From Opitutia bacterium (GTDB lineage Bacteria > Verrucomicrobiota > Verrucomicrobiia > Opitutales > T3Sed10-336), in contig JBJHCF010000001.1 of the NCBI GenBank assembly GCA_050506795.1, forward strand, positions 1 to 64,000: a DNA stretch of 64,000 nucleotides, written 5' to 3'. The notes beneath the pieces are model-generated. The model had not been told where the DNA came from, ran no database searches, and was given only the letters and a program-made list of their open reading frames with translations. Within the stretch, counting starts at the first letter, position 1. Each line of letters starts with the position of its first letter. This document shows, piece by piece, positions 27,957-37,421 of the stretch. A program made the translations under genes and the position numbers.

Positions 27957-28034
27957 CAACTCTAACAATTCAGCAATCTTTTAAAACCGGGCGTGGTTTT
28001 AGGTAAGCTCGCCAAAGGAAGATTACGCTTCGGT

Positions 28035-29360
28035 TTACGCTCCGGCCGGACGCGGACGGCGTCCGCCGCGGCGGAAGTTCTTTCCGCGCGGATTTTGATC
28101 CGGTCCGCGGGAGAAGGAGCGCTGCCGGCCGCGGCCGGACCGTCCTTTGCCTCCGGATTGTGGCTGGTCCCGGCCTCCGCCCTGGAGGTGGCGTGCGGCC
28201 AGGGAGGCGGAGTGATGTTCGTGCTCGGAATCCACGGGAACCGATTGTTTGATCAGCCGTTCCACCGAGCGCAGCAGGTTGAGTTCGTCACTCGAACAGA
28301 AACTGAGCGCGCGTCCGCTGGCGCCGGCGCGGGCGGTGCGGCCGATCCGGTGCACGTAGCTGTCGGCTTCCATGGGTAGGTCGAAGTTGATCACCAGGGT
28401 GATGTTGCGCACGTCGATGCCGCGGGCGGCGACATCGGTCGCCACGAGAACGGGAGTGTGGCCGTCGCGGAAGCGGTCCAGGGTTTTCTGACGGGCGGCC
28501 TGCGATTTGTTGCCGTGGATGGCGTCGGCCTTAATGCCGGCCCGATTCAGTTTCTCCGCCAGTTTCTTGGCGCCGTGTTTGGTGCGGCTGAAAACCAGGC
28601 TCAGTTCCCGGCGATTGTTGGCCATTTGGCCCTCGAGAATGTTGAATAGCAGCGCCTGCTTGTTGTCCTTTTCCACAAAGAGAACGCTCTGATCGATTTT
28701 CTCCGCCGTGGTGAATTGCGGTGCGATACGAATCTCTTCCGGGGACCGCAGCAGACTGTTGGCCAGGCGGGTGATCTCCGGGCCCATGGTTGCGGAGAAA
28801 AAGAGGGTCTGACGCTCCGCGGGTAATTTGCCGGCGATCTTTCGGATGTCGTTGATGAAACCCATGTCGAGCATGCGATCGGCTTCATCCAGAACGAAGC
28901 AGGAAATCTTCGACAGATCGACGAAGCCCTGTTCCATAAGGTCGAGAAGGCGTCCCGGGGTGGCGATCAGCACGTCGAGCCCGTTCTGCAGGGCTCGCGT
29001 CTGAGGGTGCTGGGAAACGCCGCCGTAGACCAGGCCGATGCGAAAGCGGAGGTTCTTGCCGTAGGCGTTGAAGCTGTCGGCAACCTGCACGGCCAGCTCG
29101 CGGGTCGGAGTCAGCACCAGGGTGCGTATTTCGCCGCGATGCGGTTTGCGGTTAAGTTCCGCCAGCCGGTGCAGGATGGGAAGGGCGAACGCGGCGGTTT
29201 TGCCGGTACCGGTCTGGGCGCAGGCCAAAAGGTCCGTCCCTTTCAGGGCCACCGGGATGCTTTGCGCCTGGATTGGAGACGGCTGGGTGTAACCCTTGTC
29301 CGTCAGTGCGCGCTGCAGCGGCTCGGCGAGGGAGAAAGAAGAGAATGTGATTTCGGTCAT
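28035..29360 (-). CDS. rhlE: DEAD-box RNA helicase, RhlE-like
   Basis: AQTGTGKT, PTRELA, DEAD, SAT, HRIGRTAR; basic Gly/Arg tail. Confidence 0.88.
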   Translation of the reverse strand: MTEITFSSFSLAEPLQRALTDKGYTQPSPIQAQSIPVALKGTDLLACAQTGTGKTAAFALPILHRLAELNRKPHRGEIRTLVLTPTRELAVQVADSFNAYGKNLRFRIGLVYGGVSQHPQTRALQNGLDVLIATPGRLLDLMEQGFVDLSKISCFVLDEADRMLDMGFINDIRKIAGKLPAERQTLFFSATMGPEITRLANSLLRSPEEIRIAPQFTTAEKIDQSVLFVEKDNKQALLFNILEGQMANNRRELSLVFSRTKHGAKKLAEKLNRAGIKADAIHGNKSQAARQKTLDRFRDGHTPVLVATDVAARGIDVRNITLVINFDLPMEADSYVHRIGRTARAGASGRALSFCSSDELNLLRSVERLIKQSVPVDSEHEHHSASLAARHLQGGGRDQPQSGGKGRSGRGRQRSFSRGPDQNPRGKNFRRGGRRPRPAGA

Positions 29361-29615
29361 AGGTTAGGTATGGCGCCGGTTTTGATTCCTTTGACGAGGG
29401 CGCCGCGTCGTTCGATGAAAAGTGCGTTTGAAAATTCCCGAAAATCAATCGCTCATCGAAGACGGACCGAATCAGGTTGGATTGTCGGTTTCAGGCTCGT
29501 TGTTGAGCGGTTCTGCTGACGACAATCCGGTCGAAGGAGCGGAGCAAGACAGGTTCCGGGACGTAACGCAAGGAGTATTCCGCATTTTAAGGTCGAAAGT
29601 CGCGAATGGCGGGCG

Positions 29616-30557
29616 TTGAATGGCGGGGTGAAGAATGCGATCGGTGAGGATTGGCAAGACGTCTGGCTGGAACCGTTTATGCGGCATCTGAGCGCGGAGC
29701 GGCGTCTTTCTGAATACACCGTGCGCAATTACCGGGCGGCGGTGACGGCGTTTGTCGGGTGGCTGGCGGGCGACGGGGGTGAAGCTTCCCTGGAAGCGCT
29801 GCCTTCCCGTCGGGTGCGGGGGTATCTGATCGAGGCTCAGCACAGGTATTCCAAGCGGACATTGCACAATCACGTGTCGGCTTTGAGAACCTTTTTTCGT
29901 TACTGGATAAAACAAAAACGGTTGCAGCTTAACCCGTTCACCGGAGTGACCCTGCCCAAACTGGATCGTCCATTGCCCAAGTTTTTGACCGAGAAGCAGG
30001 TCCGGCGGCTTCTCGACGGTCCCATGCGTTTATTGGAGAATGAGGCGATCAGCCCCTTCCTGGCCTGGAGGGACCGGCTTTTGATGGAACTGCTTTACGG
30101 GGGCGGATTGCGGATCAGCGAGTTGGCGGCGCTGAATTACGGGGATATTGACCTGCAAAGCGGCGTGGCCCGGGTGCTGGGCAAGGGAAAAAAGGAACGC
30201 CTTTGTCCGCTGGGCGCCGTGGGAATGGCCTGTGTCCGTAAGTTCCGGTCGGAGTTCGCCCGCGGGTCCGACAACGGTGATCCCGTGGTGCCGGGCGACG
30301 ACGGCATCAAGCGAATGTACCCCAGGAAGGCTCAGTTGCTGGTCAAGCGGTACCTGGCCCTGGCCGAACTGCCGATGGATATATCCCCCCATAAGATTCG
30401 TCATTCCTACGCCACCCACCTGCTCAACAACGGCGCCGATTTGCGGTTGGTGCAGGAACTGTTGGGGCATGCCAACCTTTCCACCACCCAGATCTACACC
30501 CACGTATCCATCGGCCGGTTGCAGGAGATCTACCGGCGCGCCCATCCCAGGGCTTGA
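29616..30557 (+). CDS. xerC: Tyrosine recombinase XerC-type
   Basis: GLRISEL, GKGKKER, HKIRHSYATHLL, LGHANLSTTQIYTH. Confidence 0.85.
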   Translation: MNGGVKNAIGEDWQDVWLEPFMRHLSAERRLSEYTVRNYRAAVTAFVGWLAGDGGEASLEALPSRRVRGYLIEAQHRYSKRTLHNHVSALRTFFRYWIKQKRLQLNPFTGVTLPKLDRPLPKFLTEKQVRRLLDGPMRLLENEAISPFLAWRDRLLMELLYGGGLRISELAALNYGDIDLQSGVARVLGKGKKERLCPLGAVGMACVRKFRSEFARGSDNGDPVVPGDDGIKRMYPRKAQLLVKRYLALAELPMDISPHKIRHSYATHLLNNGADLRLVQELLGHANLSTTQIYTHVSIGRLQEIYRRAHPRA

Positions 30558-30608
30558 AGGTTATGAGATTGCGGTGACAATCCTTTTTGCGGTATCCCGG
30601 GAGCGAAT

Positions 30609-31115
30609 ATGAGAAAACTTGGCCTGTTGGCGGTGGCATTGGCTCTTCTGGGAGCTGTGGGGTACTGGGGGTATTTCTTTTTCTGGTTGAGTGACGATGA
30701 GCGGGTTCTCCACGGCAAGGTGGACGAACTGGTGGAACTCGCCTCGAAGGAAGGAGAAGAAACGGTTTTTGCCGGTGTCGGCCGGGCTCGGCGGATCGCC
30801 GAGCATTTTACCGAGGAGTTCCGTTTGAGTATGGGCCGTCCTTTTCCGGACGGGACGATCACCCGGGAGGATCTGGTGGTCGTCGTGAGCCAGGTGCGAA
30901 GCGGCGCCGGCGAGCTTCGATTGAGTGTTTCCGATCGCGAGTTGACCATCGAACCGGGCGAGACCACCGCGGTGATGGAACTGACCGGGCGCGGTCTTCT
31001 GTCCTATCAGGGCGAACGATGGCGCGAGGATGCCCGCCGTTTTCGGGTGGAGTGGGTCAAGGTGGATGGAGACTGGTTGATTCGGCAGGTGGACCTGATC
31101 GATATCCTGGAATAA
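30609..31115 (+). CDS. Membrane-anchored hypothetical protein, possibly NTF2-like fold
   Basis: N-terminal TM; ends FRVEWVKVDGDWLIRQVD. Confidence 0.55.
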   Translation: MRKLGLLAVALALLGAVGYWGYFFFWLSDDERVLHGKVDELVELASKEGEETVFAGVGRARRIAEHFTEEFRLSMGRPFPDGTITREDLVVVVSQVRSGAGELRLSVSDRELTIEPGETTAVMELTGRGLLSYQGERWREDARRFRVEWVKVDGDWLIRQVDLIDILE

Positions 31116-31182
31116 AGCCATTGACCGCAAATTCCTTGAAACGCTTTGCGCGGCCTGATTGTCTGCACTTTTACCTTGTGTC

Positions 31183-31695
31183 ATGATTAGTCACTTTATT
31201 TTACGGTTGGTCGCGGCCGGCCTTCTTGTTTCGGTTGCGGCGGGCTGCGCTACCCTGCAAAAGGGGAGTCACCAGCGGGTGCCCATCGAATCGGAACCGG
31301 CCGGAGCCCAGGTCTATATCAATCGCGAATTGGCCGGCGAAACGCCCATGGTGGCGATCCTGTCACGGCGCAGCGGCCACATGGTCGAAATTCGCAAAAC
31401 GGGTTTTGACAACCATCGCGTTGACGTGCTTCCAGTGCCGAATCGGCGGGATGCCGCCTTTATTCGGTTCTCCAGCGACGATCACACCGGAGCCTTGAAC
31501 GACCTGCGTCCGTCGCGCGTTTGGGTGGGCTTGCGTCCGGGCCTGCTTCCGGCGCGGATTGGGGCCAATCCGGAGGCCGAAAAGGAAGCCCGACTGGCGG
31601 AAGCCCGTTCTCTGCGTGATGAGGGCCGTTTCTCGGAGGAGGACTACGAGTACGTGGTTCGCCGCATCGACGAGTTCTATTCGCGAGGGCGCTGA
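31183..31695 (+). CDS. PEGA-domain lipoprotein
   Basis: Lipobox AAGC; IESEPAGAQVYIN...GETP...VEIRKTGF. Confidence 0.8.
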   Translation: MISHFILRLVAAGLLVSVAAGCATLQKGSHQRVPIESEPAGAQVYINRELAGETPMVAILSRRSGHMVEIRKTGFDNHRVDVLPVPNRRDAAFIRFSSDDHTGALNDLRPSRVWVGLRPGLLPARIGANPEAEKEARLAEARSLRDEGRFSEEDYEYVVRRIDEFYSRGR

Positions 31696-31759
31696 ATAAA
31701 AGCGTTGATTTTATCATTTATAGGTTGAAAGCGGAAACCGGCGACCTAGGTTGGAACTT

Positions 31760-31855
31760 GGCCAGGTCCTATGCAATGCTGGGCGGGCGAACTCCGCCAG
31801 GACCGGAAGGTAGCAACGGTAGCACCGCTCCACATGTGCCGTAGGTCGCCTGGCC
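31760..31855 (+). ncRNA. ffs: Bacterial small SRP (4.5S) RNA
   Basis: Terminal stem GGCCAGG/CCTGGCC; domain IV CCAGGACCGGAAGGTAGCAACGG; upstream TTGAAA-16-TAGGTT; usual position before dnaX. Confidence 0.92.
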
Positions 31856-31871
31856 ACTTTTTTTATCCGAT

Positions 31872-33044
31872 ATGTCGGCGAATTATCAGGTTATAGCCCG
31901 CAAATGGCGTCCCCAGGTCTTCGAAGATGTGGTCGGTCAGGATCACATCGTGCGGACCCTGAAAAATGCAATCGAAGGAGACCGGATTGCCCATGCCTAC
32001 CTGTTCGTGGGCCCCCGTGGCACCGGCAAGACCAGTCTCGCCCGTATTTTCGCCAAGGCGCTCAATTGCGCCACCGGGGTCACCGCCACTCCGTGTAACG
32101 CCTGTCCCTCGTGCGAGACGATTACGGCGGGCAACTCCATGGATGTGATCGAGGTCGACGGAGCCTCCAACAACTCGGTGGACCAGATCCGCGACTTGCG
32201 CGACGATGTGCGTTACGCGCCCACTCAGGGCAAGTACAAGATTTACATCATCGACGAGGTGCACATGTTGTCGAATCAGGCGTTCAACGCCTTGCTGAAG
32301 ACGCTGGAGGAGCCGCCTTCGCATGTGAAGTTCGTGTTCGCCACCACCGAGTCCCAGAAGGTGCTTCCCACCATCGTTTCCCGTTGTCAGCGTTTCGAGT
32401 TGAAGCCGATCGCCGATTCGCTGATCGCCGAGCGGTTGGGGAGTATCGCCGGCGAAGAGGGGGTGGACATCGAGCCGGAAGCCCTGTCGGCCATCGCCCG
32501 TTTGGCTTTCGGCGGCATGCGCGATTCCCAGTCCATTCTGGATCAGATGATCTCATTTTGCGGAAAGAAGATTTCCGCCCGGGACGTTCAGGAGGTGTAC
32601 GGAATTCTTTCCGAGGAGCAGGTGCGTGCCCTGGCGGCCCACCTGGTGGCCGGCGATTACCGCGGGTTGGTCGATGCGGTCGATGCCATGGCGGATGAAG
32701 GGCGCGACCTCTTCCGGGCGTTGGTCGATCTGCAGGCTTTTCTGCGGGAAGCCCTCGTCGCCGCCGTGCGCGGCGAAGATAGGTTGGGACCGGGTGGGGC
32801 GAAGGGTTCGCCGGAACGTTTGACCCGTATTCTGGAGGTTTTGCGTGACGGGCGGGAAAAGGTGATGCACGGACTATCCGACCGCATCAATTTTGAGATC
32901 GTGCTGTTGAAGGCGGCTGAGGAGGGGCAAACGCGGGCCATCGATACGGTGGTCCGAGAGTTGGCTGAACTGGCGTCCGCCCTGCCGGCGGAGGAGCCGG
33001 CCGAAAAAAAAAAGCCGCAAGTCTCCCTGAGCGCGACGCCGTAG
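31872..33044 (+). CDS. dnaX: DNA polymerase III gamma/tau subunit, 0-frame short form
   Basis: [15 protein letters not shown], Zn cysteines, [15 protein letters not shown]. Confidence 0.96.
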   Translation: MSANYQVIARKWRPQVFEDVVGQDHIVRTLKNAIEGDRIAHAYLFVGPRGTGKTSLARIFAKALNCATGVTATPCNACPSCETITAGNSMDVIEVDGASNNSVDQIRDLRDDVRYAPTQGKYKIYIIDEVHMLSNQAFNALLKTLEEPPSHVKFVFATTESQKVLPTIVSRCQRFELKPIADSLIAERLGSIAGEEGVDIEPEALSAIARLAFGGMRDSQSILDQMISFCGKKISARDVQEVYGILSEEQVRALAAHLVAGDYRGLVDAVDAMADEGRDLFRALVDLQAFLREALVAAVRGEDRLGPGGAKGSPERLTRILEVLRDGREKVMHGLSDRINFEIVLLKAAEEGQTRAIDTVVRELAELASALPAEEPAEKKKPQVSLSATP

Positions 33045-33289
33045 AAGTCCCCGAGGTCACGTCGGCGGTGCCGGAGGATCCCGCCCCGTGGGAAAACGCG
33101 ACTGGTGTTATCTCCCCGGCGGTTGACGTCTCGGGAAATGGGGGTCATTCGACCACCGAGGCCGATTCAGGCCTTTCGCTGGACGAGGCTGTGGCCCGGG
33201 TTCCCGAGTCCACCAGACGTCAGTTGGAGGAGCTGTTTCGCGGACGTTTTATCGGCGTCAAGCGGATCAAGCCCGGGGAAATCCGCTGA
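33011..33289 (+). CDS. dnaX: -1 frame C-terminal extension of DnaX (tau-like tail)
   Basis: The -1 frame is open from the A10G run to TGA 33289: Pro/Ala/Glu-rich linker then [13 protein letters not shown]. Confidence 0.65.
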   Translation, partial: KAASLPERDAVEVPEVTSAVPEDPAPWENATGVISPAVDVSGNGGHSTTEADSGLSLDEAVARVPESTRRQLEELFRGRFIGVKRIKPGEIR

Positions 33290-33299
33290 GGCATTCGGG

Positions 33300-34436
33300 C
33301 TAACCCGGCAGACCCAGGCGCTTGGCGGAAACGCCGTGCTCGGCCAGTTTTTCCTGCAGGCGTTCAGTGTCGAGGATTCCCACCAACCGCCCTTCGGCGT
33401 AAACCGGGAAGACTTTTTTCCGGTTGCGAACCAGCATTTCGTAGAAAAGATCCAGCGGCCACTGCGCTTGCAGCAGGGACACATTTCGCTCGCAGTGGCG
33501 GCCGATGGGGTCGCCGTGCAGAAAGCTTTCTTCCCGCAGGATTTCGATGTGGTCTTTGAGCAACATGCCGAAAAGGGTTTCGCGTTCGTCTCCGATCATA
33601 AGGGCGCGGGCCTGCGATTGGTCGAATTCCCGCAAGGCTTCTCCCACCGGGCAATCCGGGTGGACGACCGAGTAATCGTTGTCGATCAAGTCGCCGATGT
33701 AGAGATCGTTGAGCAACTCCTTGCGCTCCACGATGCGGTATTCCATATTGCCGGCCATATAGATGAAGGCGAACAGCAGAGCGGGAATCACGGCGATCCC
33801 GAGCCCGAACGCGGGCAGGACAAAAAGCGCCGCGAAGATTCCCGCGGTCGATAGAATCTTCGACACCAGCGCGGCGGTCGCGGTGGATTTCAGATAGCTG
33901 TAACGGTAGGTGAGCAACGCCCGCAGGACACGGCCGCCGTCCATGGGAAAGATCGGCAGCAGATTGAAAAGGCCCATCACCAGGTTCACCATCAGCAACG
34001 CCTGGAACAGGGTGCGCGGGTCGACGATGGGGAAGGCGCCCCTTCGGGACAGCTCGGCCAGTTCCCAGGGGATTCCACCGAGAATCAGCAGGAGTGGGAC
34101 CAGCGCGAAATTGACGACCGGGCCGGCGATTGAAATCGCGAGTTCCTTGGACGCCTCCCGGGGGAGGCTTTGGAATTGGGCCATGCCTCCAATCGGCAGC
34201 AGCAGGATACGAATCACCTCAACGCCATAATATTGCGCGACCAGACTGTGCCCCAGTTCGTGCAGCACCAGGCAGGTAAATACGAGCAGGATGAAAATCA
34301 GGCTCCAGAAGAGTCCGCTGGTCCCGTCGCTTAACAGTCCGACACAGGCGATTATTCCCAGCAGGGCAAAAAACGTGGCATGGATCTCCAGGCGAATCCC
34401 GAAGATCGAGCACAAGTGAATTGACCAGGATCGCAT
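33300..34436 (-). CDS. Site-2 protease (M50) with CBS domains
   Basis: HELGH, AGPVVN, FNLLPIFPMDGGR; C-terminal CBS pair. Confidence 0.92.
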   Translation of the reverse strand: MRSWSIHLCSIFGIRLEIHATFFALLGIIACVGLLSDGTSGLFWSLIFILLVFTCLVLHELGHSLVAQYYGVEVIRILLLPIGGMAQFQSLPREASKELAISIAGPVVNFALVPLLLILGGIPWELAELSRRGAFPIVDPRTLFQALLMVNLVMGLFNLLPIFPMDGGRVLRALLTYRYSYLKSTATAALVSKILSTAGIFAALFVLPAFGLGIAVIPALLFAFIYMAGNMEYRIVERKELLNDLYIGDLIDNDYSVVHPDCPVGEALREFDQSQARALMIGDERETLFGMLLKDHIEILREESFLHGDPIGRHCERNVSLLQAQWPLDLFYEMLVRNRKKVFPVYAEGRLVGILDTERLQEKLAEHGVSAKRLGLPG

Positions 34437-34519
34437 GGTGGATTAACTAAAACGGTTTCGTTCGGCACTGGTGGACATTCTTCCGCGGGAGCCGGTAATG
34501 ATCCTTTGCTCAGTAGATA

Positions 34520-36088
34520 ATGGTGAATTCAGGAAAAAGTCCAACTATTCTTATCATCGATGACGATAACGAGATTCGCTATTCACTCGAGCGGGTTTTT
34601 TCATCACGCAACTACCGTATCCTGAGTGCGGCCAGCGGGGAAGCCGGAATCGAAATTATCCGGTCCGAATCCCCCAATGTGGTGTTCCTGGATATTCGCA
34701 TGGGAGGAATGAGCGGCCTGGAGACACTGCAGCACATCAAGTCCCTCGATCCCAATCCGATGGTCATTCTCATGACCGCCTATGGCACGACACAAACCGC
34801 CATCGAAGCAATGAAGTTCGGGGCCTTCGATTATCTGATGAAACCTTTCGATATGAAGAAGGTGATTCGGTTGACCGAAGGGGCGCTGAAGGCGCATGAG
34901 GACTTGCGGCGCATCAAGGATTACCGGCCGGTGATCAACAGCGAAGATTATCAAGAGGGGATTGTCGGGCATTCCGAGGCGATGCAAACGGTGTTCAAGG
35001 TGATCGGGCAAGTGGCCTCCAGCAATGTCACAATCCTCATCACGGGCGAAAGCGGCACGGGCAAGGAACTGGTATCGCGCTGCATTTTTCAGCACAGTCA
35101 ACGGCACAACAAACCCTTTGTCGCGGTGAACTGCGCGGCTCTGCCGGAGAATCTGATCGAAAGCGAACTCTTTGGTCACGAAAAGGGGGCTTTCACCGGC
35201 GCCACCAGCCAGCGGCAGGGAAAGTTCGAGCTGTGCGACGGGGGAACGATTTTTCTCGATGAGATCGGCGATATGAGCCCGCCGACCCAGACGAAGGTCC
35301 TGCGGGTGATCCAGGAGGGGGAGTTTCAGCGGGTGGGCGGCTCGAAGACCATCAAAACCGATGTCCGCCTGATCGCCGCCACCAATCGAAATCTCGAGCA
35401 AATGGTCAAGGAAAAGACCTTTCGCGAAGACTTGTATTACCGCCTGAACGTGGTGCGCATCCGCCTGCCGTCGCTGCGCGAACGCAAGGAGGATATTCCG
35501 GAACTGGTGGAATATTGCCTGCAGAAGCTGGAAAAGAACCGTCAGTCCCGGGTAAAAAAAGTCTCCCCCGAGGCAGCGGCGTTGCTCTCCGCTTACGATT
35601 GGCCGGGTAACGTGCGTGAGTTGGAGAATGTGATCTACCGAAGCGCGGTGCTGGCCCAGGGGAATGCGATCCTGGTCAAGGATCTGCCGGACGAAATCAG
35701 GACTCCTTCTCTGGCCGAAAAGCGGCCCGAGGCCGAGGCCGCGCGGGTTGATGACGATTCTTCCGCGGGCGATGACGGATCATCGATTCCCTCGGCGGCG
35801 CCGCTTTCTCCTCCGGCCGGGGAGGCATTCGGGGATGAGCCCGGGTTCGGATCGGACCCTTCGACTCCGGCAGGGCCGCGCACAATGGACGAAGCCTTCA
35901 ACGAGCTTTACGCTCGCATGCGGGAGGAATCCGCCGATTCTGTTCTCGATACCCTGGAACGGGAGATGATTCTTCGCGCGTTGCGCGAAACCGGCGGCAA
36001 CCAGGTGAAAGCTTCCGGCATTCTGGGTATCACCCGGGCCACCCTGCGCAAACGGATCGATCAGTTTTCGCTCAAGGAAAGGATCTAG
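34520..36088 (+). CDS. Sigma54-dependent response regulator (NtrC/AtoC family)
   Basis: REC domain; [30 protein letters not shown]; Fis-type HTH. Confidence 0.95.
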   Translation: MVNSGKSPTILIIDDDNEIRYSLERVFSSRNYRILSAASGEAGIEIIRSESPNVVFLDIRMGGMSGLETLQHIKSLDPNPMVILMTAYGTTQTAIEAMKFGAFDYLMKPFDMKKVIRLTEGALKAHEDLRRIKDYRPVINSEDYQEGIVGHSEAMQTVFKVIGQVASSNVTILITGESGTGKELVSRCIFQHSQRHNKPFVAVNCAALPENLIESELFGHEKGAFTGATSQRQGKFELCDGGTIFLDEIGDMSPPTQTKVLRVIQEGEFQRVGGSKTIKTDVRLIAATNRNLEQMVKEKTFREDLYYRLNVVRIRLPSLRERKEDIPELVEYCLQKLEKNRQSRVKKVSPEAAALLSAYDWPGNVRELENVIYRSAVLAQGNAILVKDLPDEIRTPSLAEKRPEAEAARVDDDSSAGDDGSSIPSAAPLSPPAGEAFGDEPGFGSDPSTPAGPRTMDEAFNELYARMREESADSVLDTLEREMILRALRETGGNQVKASGILGITRATLRKRIDQFSLKERI

Positions 36089-36172
36089 CGTGGTCGACAG
36101 TCACCCCGATGCGGCCGCGCGTCGTGATATCCGTCGAACCTGAATCGATCCGTCCCGGGCGACCGGTCCCGT

Positions 36173-36472
36173 TCAGGAGCTCCAATTGTAGGAAACGAAA
36201 CGCTTGGCCAGGGGACGGGTGAACTTGCGCACGAATTCCCGCCGAATGGGATGATTCTTGTAGTGTTCTTCCGTTGCCTTGTTCAGGAAGGTCATGGTGA
36301 TCCCGACTGCAAAGCTGTCGTCCACCGAACCCCGGCCGCTGGGGATCGGGATACCGGTGCTGAAATTTTCCACTCCGGGGATGTGCGCCAGGGTTTGGGC
36401 GCCTCGCAGTAGTTTCTCCCGATTGGATTCATACGGAGAGTCGACCCAAAAGATATTAACGTGGGTAATCAT
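36173..36472 (-). CDS. Dabb family (stress-responsive A/B barrel) protein
   Basis: MITHVNIFW...IPGV...MTF...Y.NHP. Confidence 0.75.
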   Translation of the reverse strand: MITHVNIFWVDSPYESNREKLLRGAQTLAHIPGVENFSTGIPIPSGRGSVDDSFAVGITMTFLNKATEEHYKNHPIRREFVRKFTRPLAKRFVSYNWSS

Positions 36473-36560
36473 AAGGGATAAGGGTGTTCGTTGGCGATTG
36501 CCCCCGGAGGGGCGAAATGAACCGGGCTGTGATCCCCGGACAGAATCGAATCGATCAGGG

Positions 36561-36797
36561 TTAAAGGCTGGAGTGGGATCCGTCGCAAAACGGCGGGTTG
36601 CCGGTTTGTTTGCAGCCACACCAGGCGATCTTCTTTTTTTCAGTCACTTTTTCGATCACGGGACGGAACGGAGTTTCTTTGTGGGATCCGTCGCAGAAGG
36701 GTTGTTTGGCGGACAAACCGCAGGCGCACCAGGCGTAGGTGCCAGGTTCGACTTCCATGACGTAAGGTTGTTTTTGAGCGATCTTTGGCTTTTCCAT
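36561..36797 (-). CDS. CDGSH iron-sulfur protein with two motifs
   Basis: WCACGLSAKQPFCDGSH and WCGCKQTGNPPFCDGSH. Confidence 0.95.
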   Translation of the reverse strand: MEKPKIAQKQPYVMEVEPGTYAWCACGLSAKQPFCDGSHKETPFRPVIEKVTEKKKIAWCGCKQTGNPPFCDGSHSSL

Positions 36798-36963
36798 AAT
36801 AAATTGACTTTCTAGATGATGCACCGGCTCGCGTCAACCTTGGGCCGGAATTGTCGGAGGAATCTCACGCGACTTTCGGAGGTCAGATTAACGAGCCGTA
36901 GGGATATTGAGTGACCTGGATGATTTCGGGGCAAGAACGACGGTTCAGGACTCTGGAGGGTGG

Positions 36964-36992
36964 TTGCATTCCGCATGGGGTGGGGATATAAT
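36964..36992 (+). promoter_or_regulatory. Sigma70-like promoter TTGCAT-17-TATAAT
   Basis: TATAAT at 36987-36992 lies 6 nt before ATG 36999. Confidence 0.6.
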
Positions 36993-36998
36993 CGCAAT

Positions 36999-37412
36999 AT
37001 GAAAAAATCCCTTTTTTGCGGCCTTGCCTGTCTGCTTCTGGTGGGGTGTGTTTCCACCCCGGAGCGGAGAATCGCCAAAGAGCCGGAACTGTTCGCCGGT
37101 TTCCCGGAGGACGTGCAGGCGAACGTCCGCGCCGGAAACGTTGAGGTCGGTTACAACCGCGACATGGTTCGGCTGGCGCTGGGTGAAGCGGATCGGGTAA
37201 GCACCCGGCGGAGAGAGGGAGAGTTGCTCGAGGTTTGGACGTACGTCGGAGTGCACCACACGTCGGAAAGTTACCGGGTCCGGGATTTCGGCCGTTTCAG
37301 CACCATCGATCAACACGTGGTGATCGAGCGCTCCCGCCAGAACGTGTATGACCGGGTGCGGGTTGAGTTTCGCGACGGAGTGGTAGTCGCTGTCGAAATG
37401 GTGCAGCGGTGA
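36999..37412 (+). CDS. Lipoprotein, SmpA/BamE-like fold possible
   Basis: Lipobox LVGC; G...DMVRLALGE...EVWTY...VEFRDGVV. Confidence 0.7.
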   Translation: MKKSLFCGLACLLLVGCVSTPERRIAKEPELFAGFPEDVQANVRAGNVEVGYNRDMVRLALGEADRVSTRRREGELLEVWTYVGVHHTSESYRVRDFGRFSTIDQHVVIERSRQNVYDRVRVEFRDGVVVAVEMVQR

Positions 37413-37421
37413 AGCTGAATT

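Noticed and set aside
29616..30557. Integrase of a prophage or genomic island
   Set aside because: XerC-like motifs and size, housekeeping neighbours, no att repeats, tRNA or phage genes.
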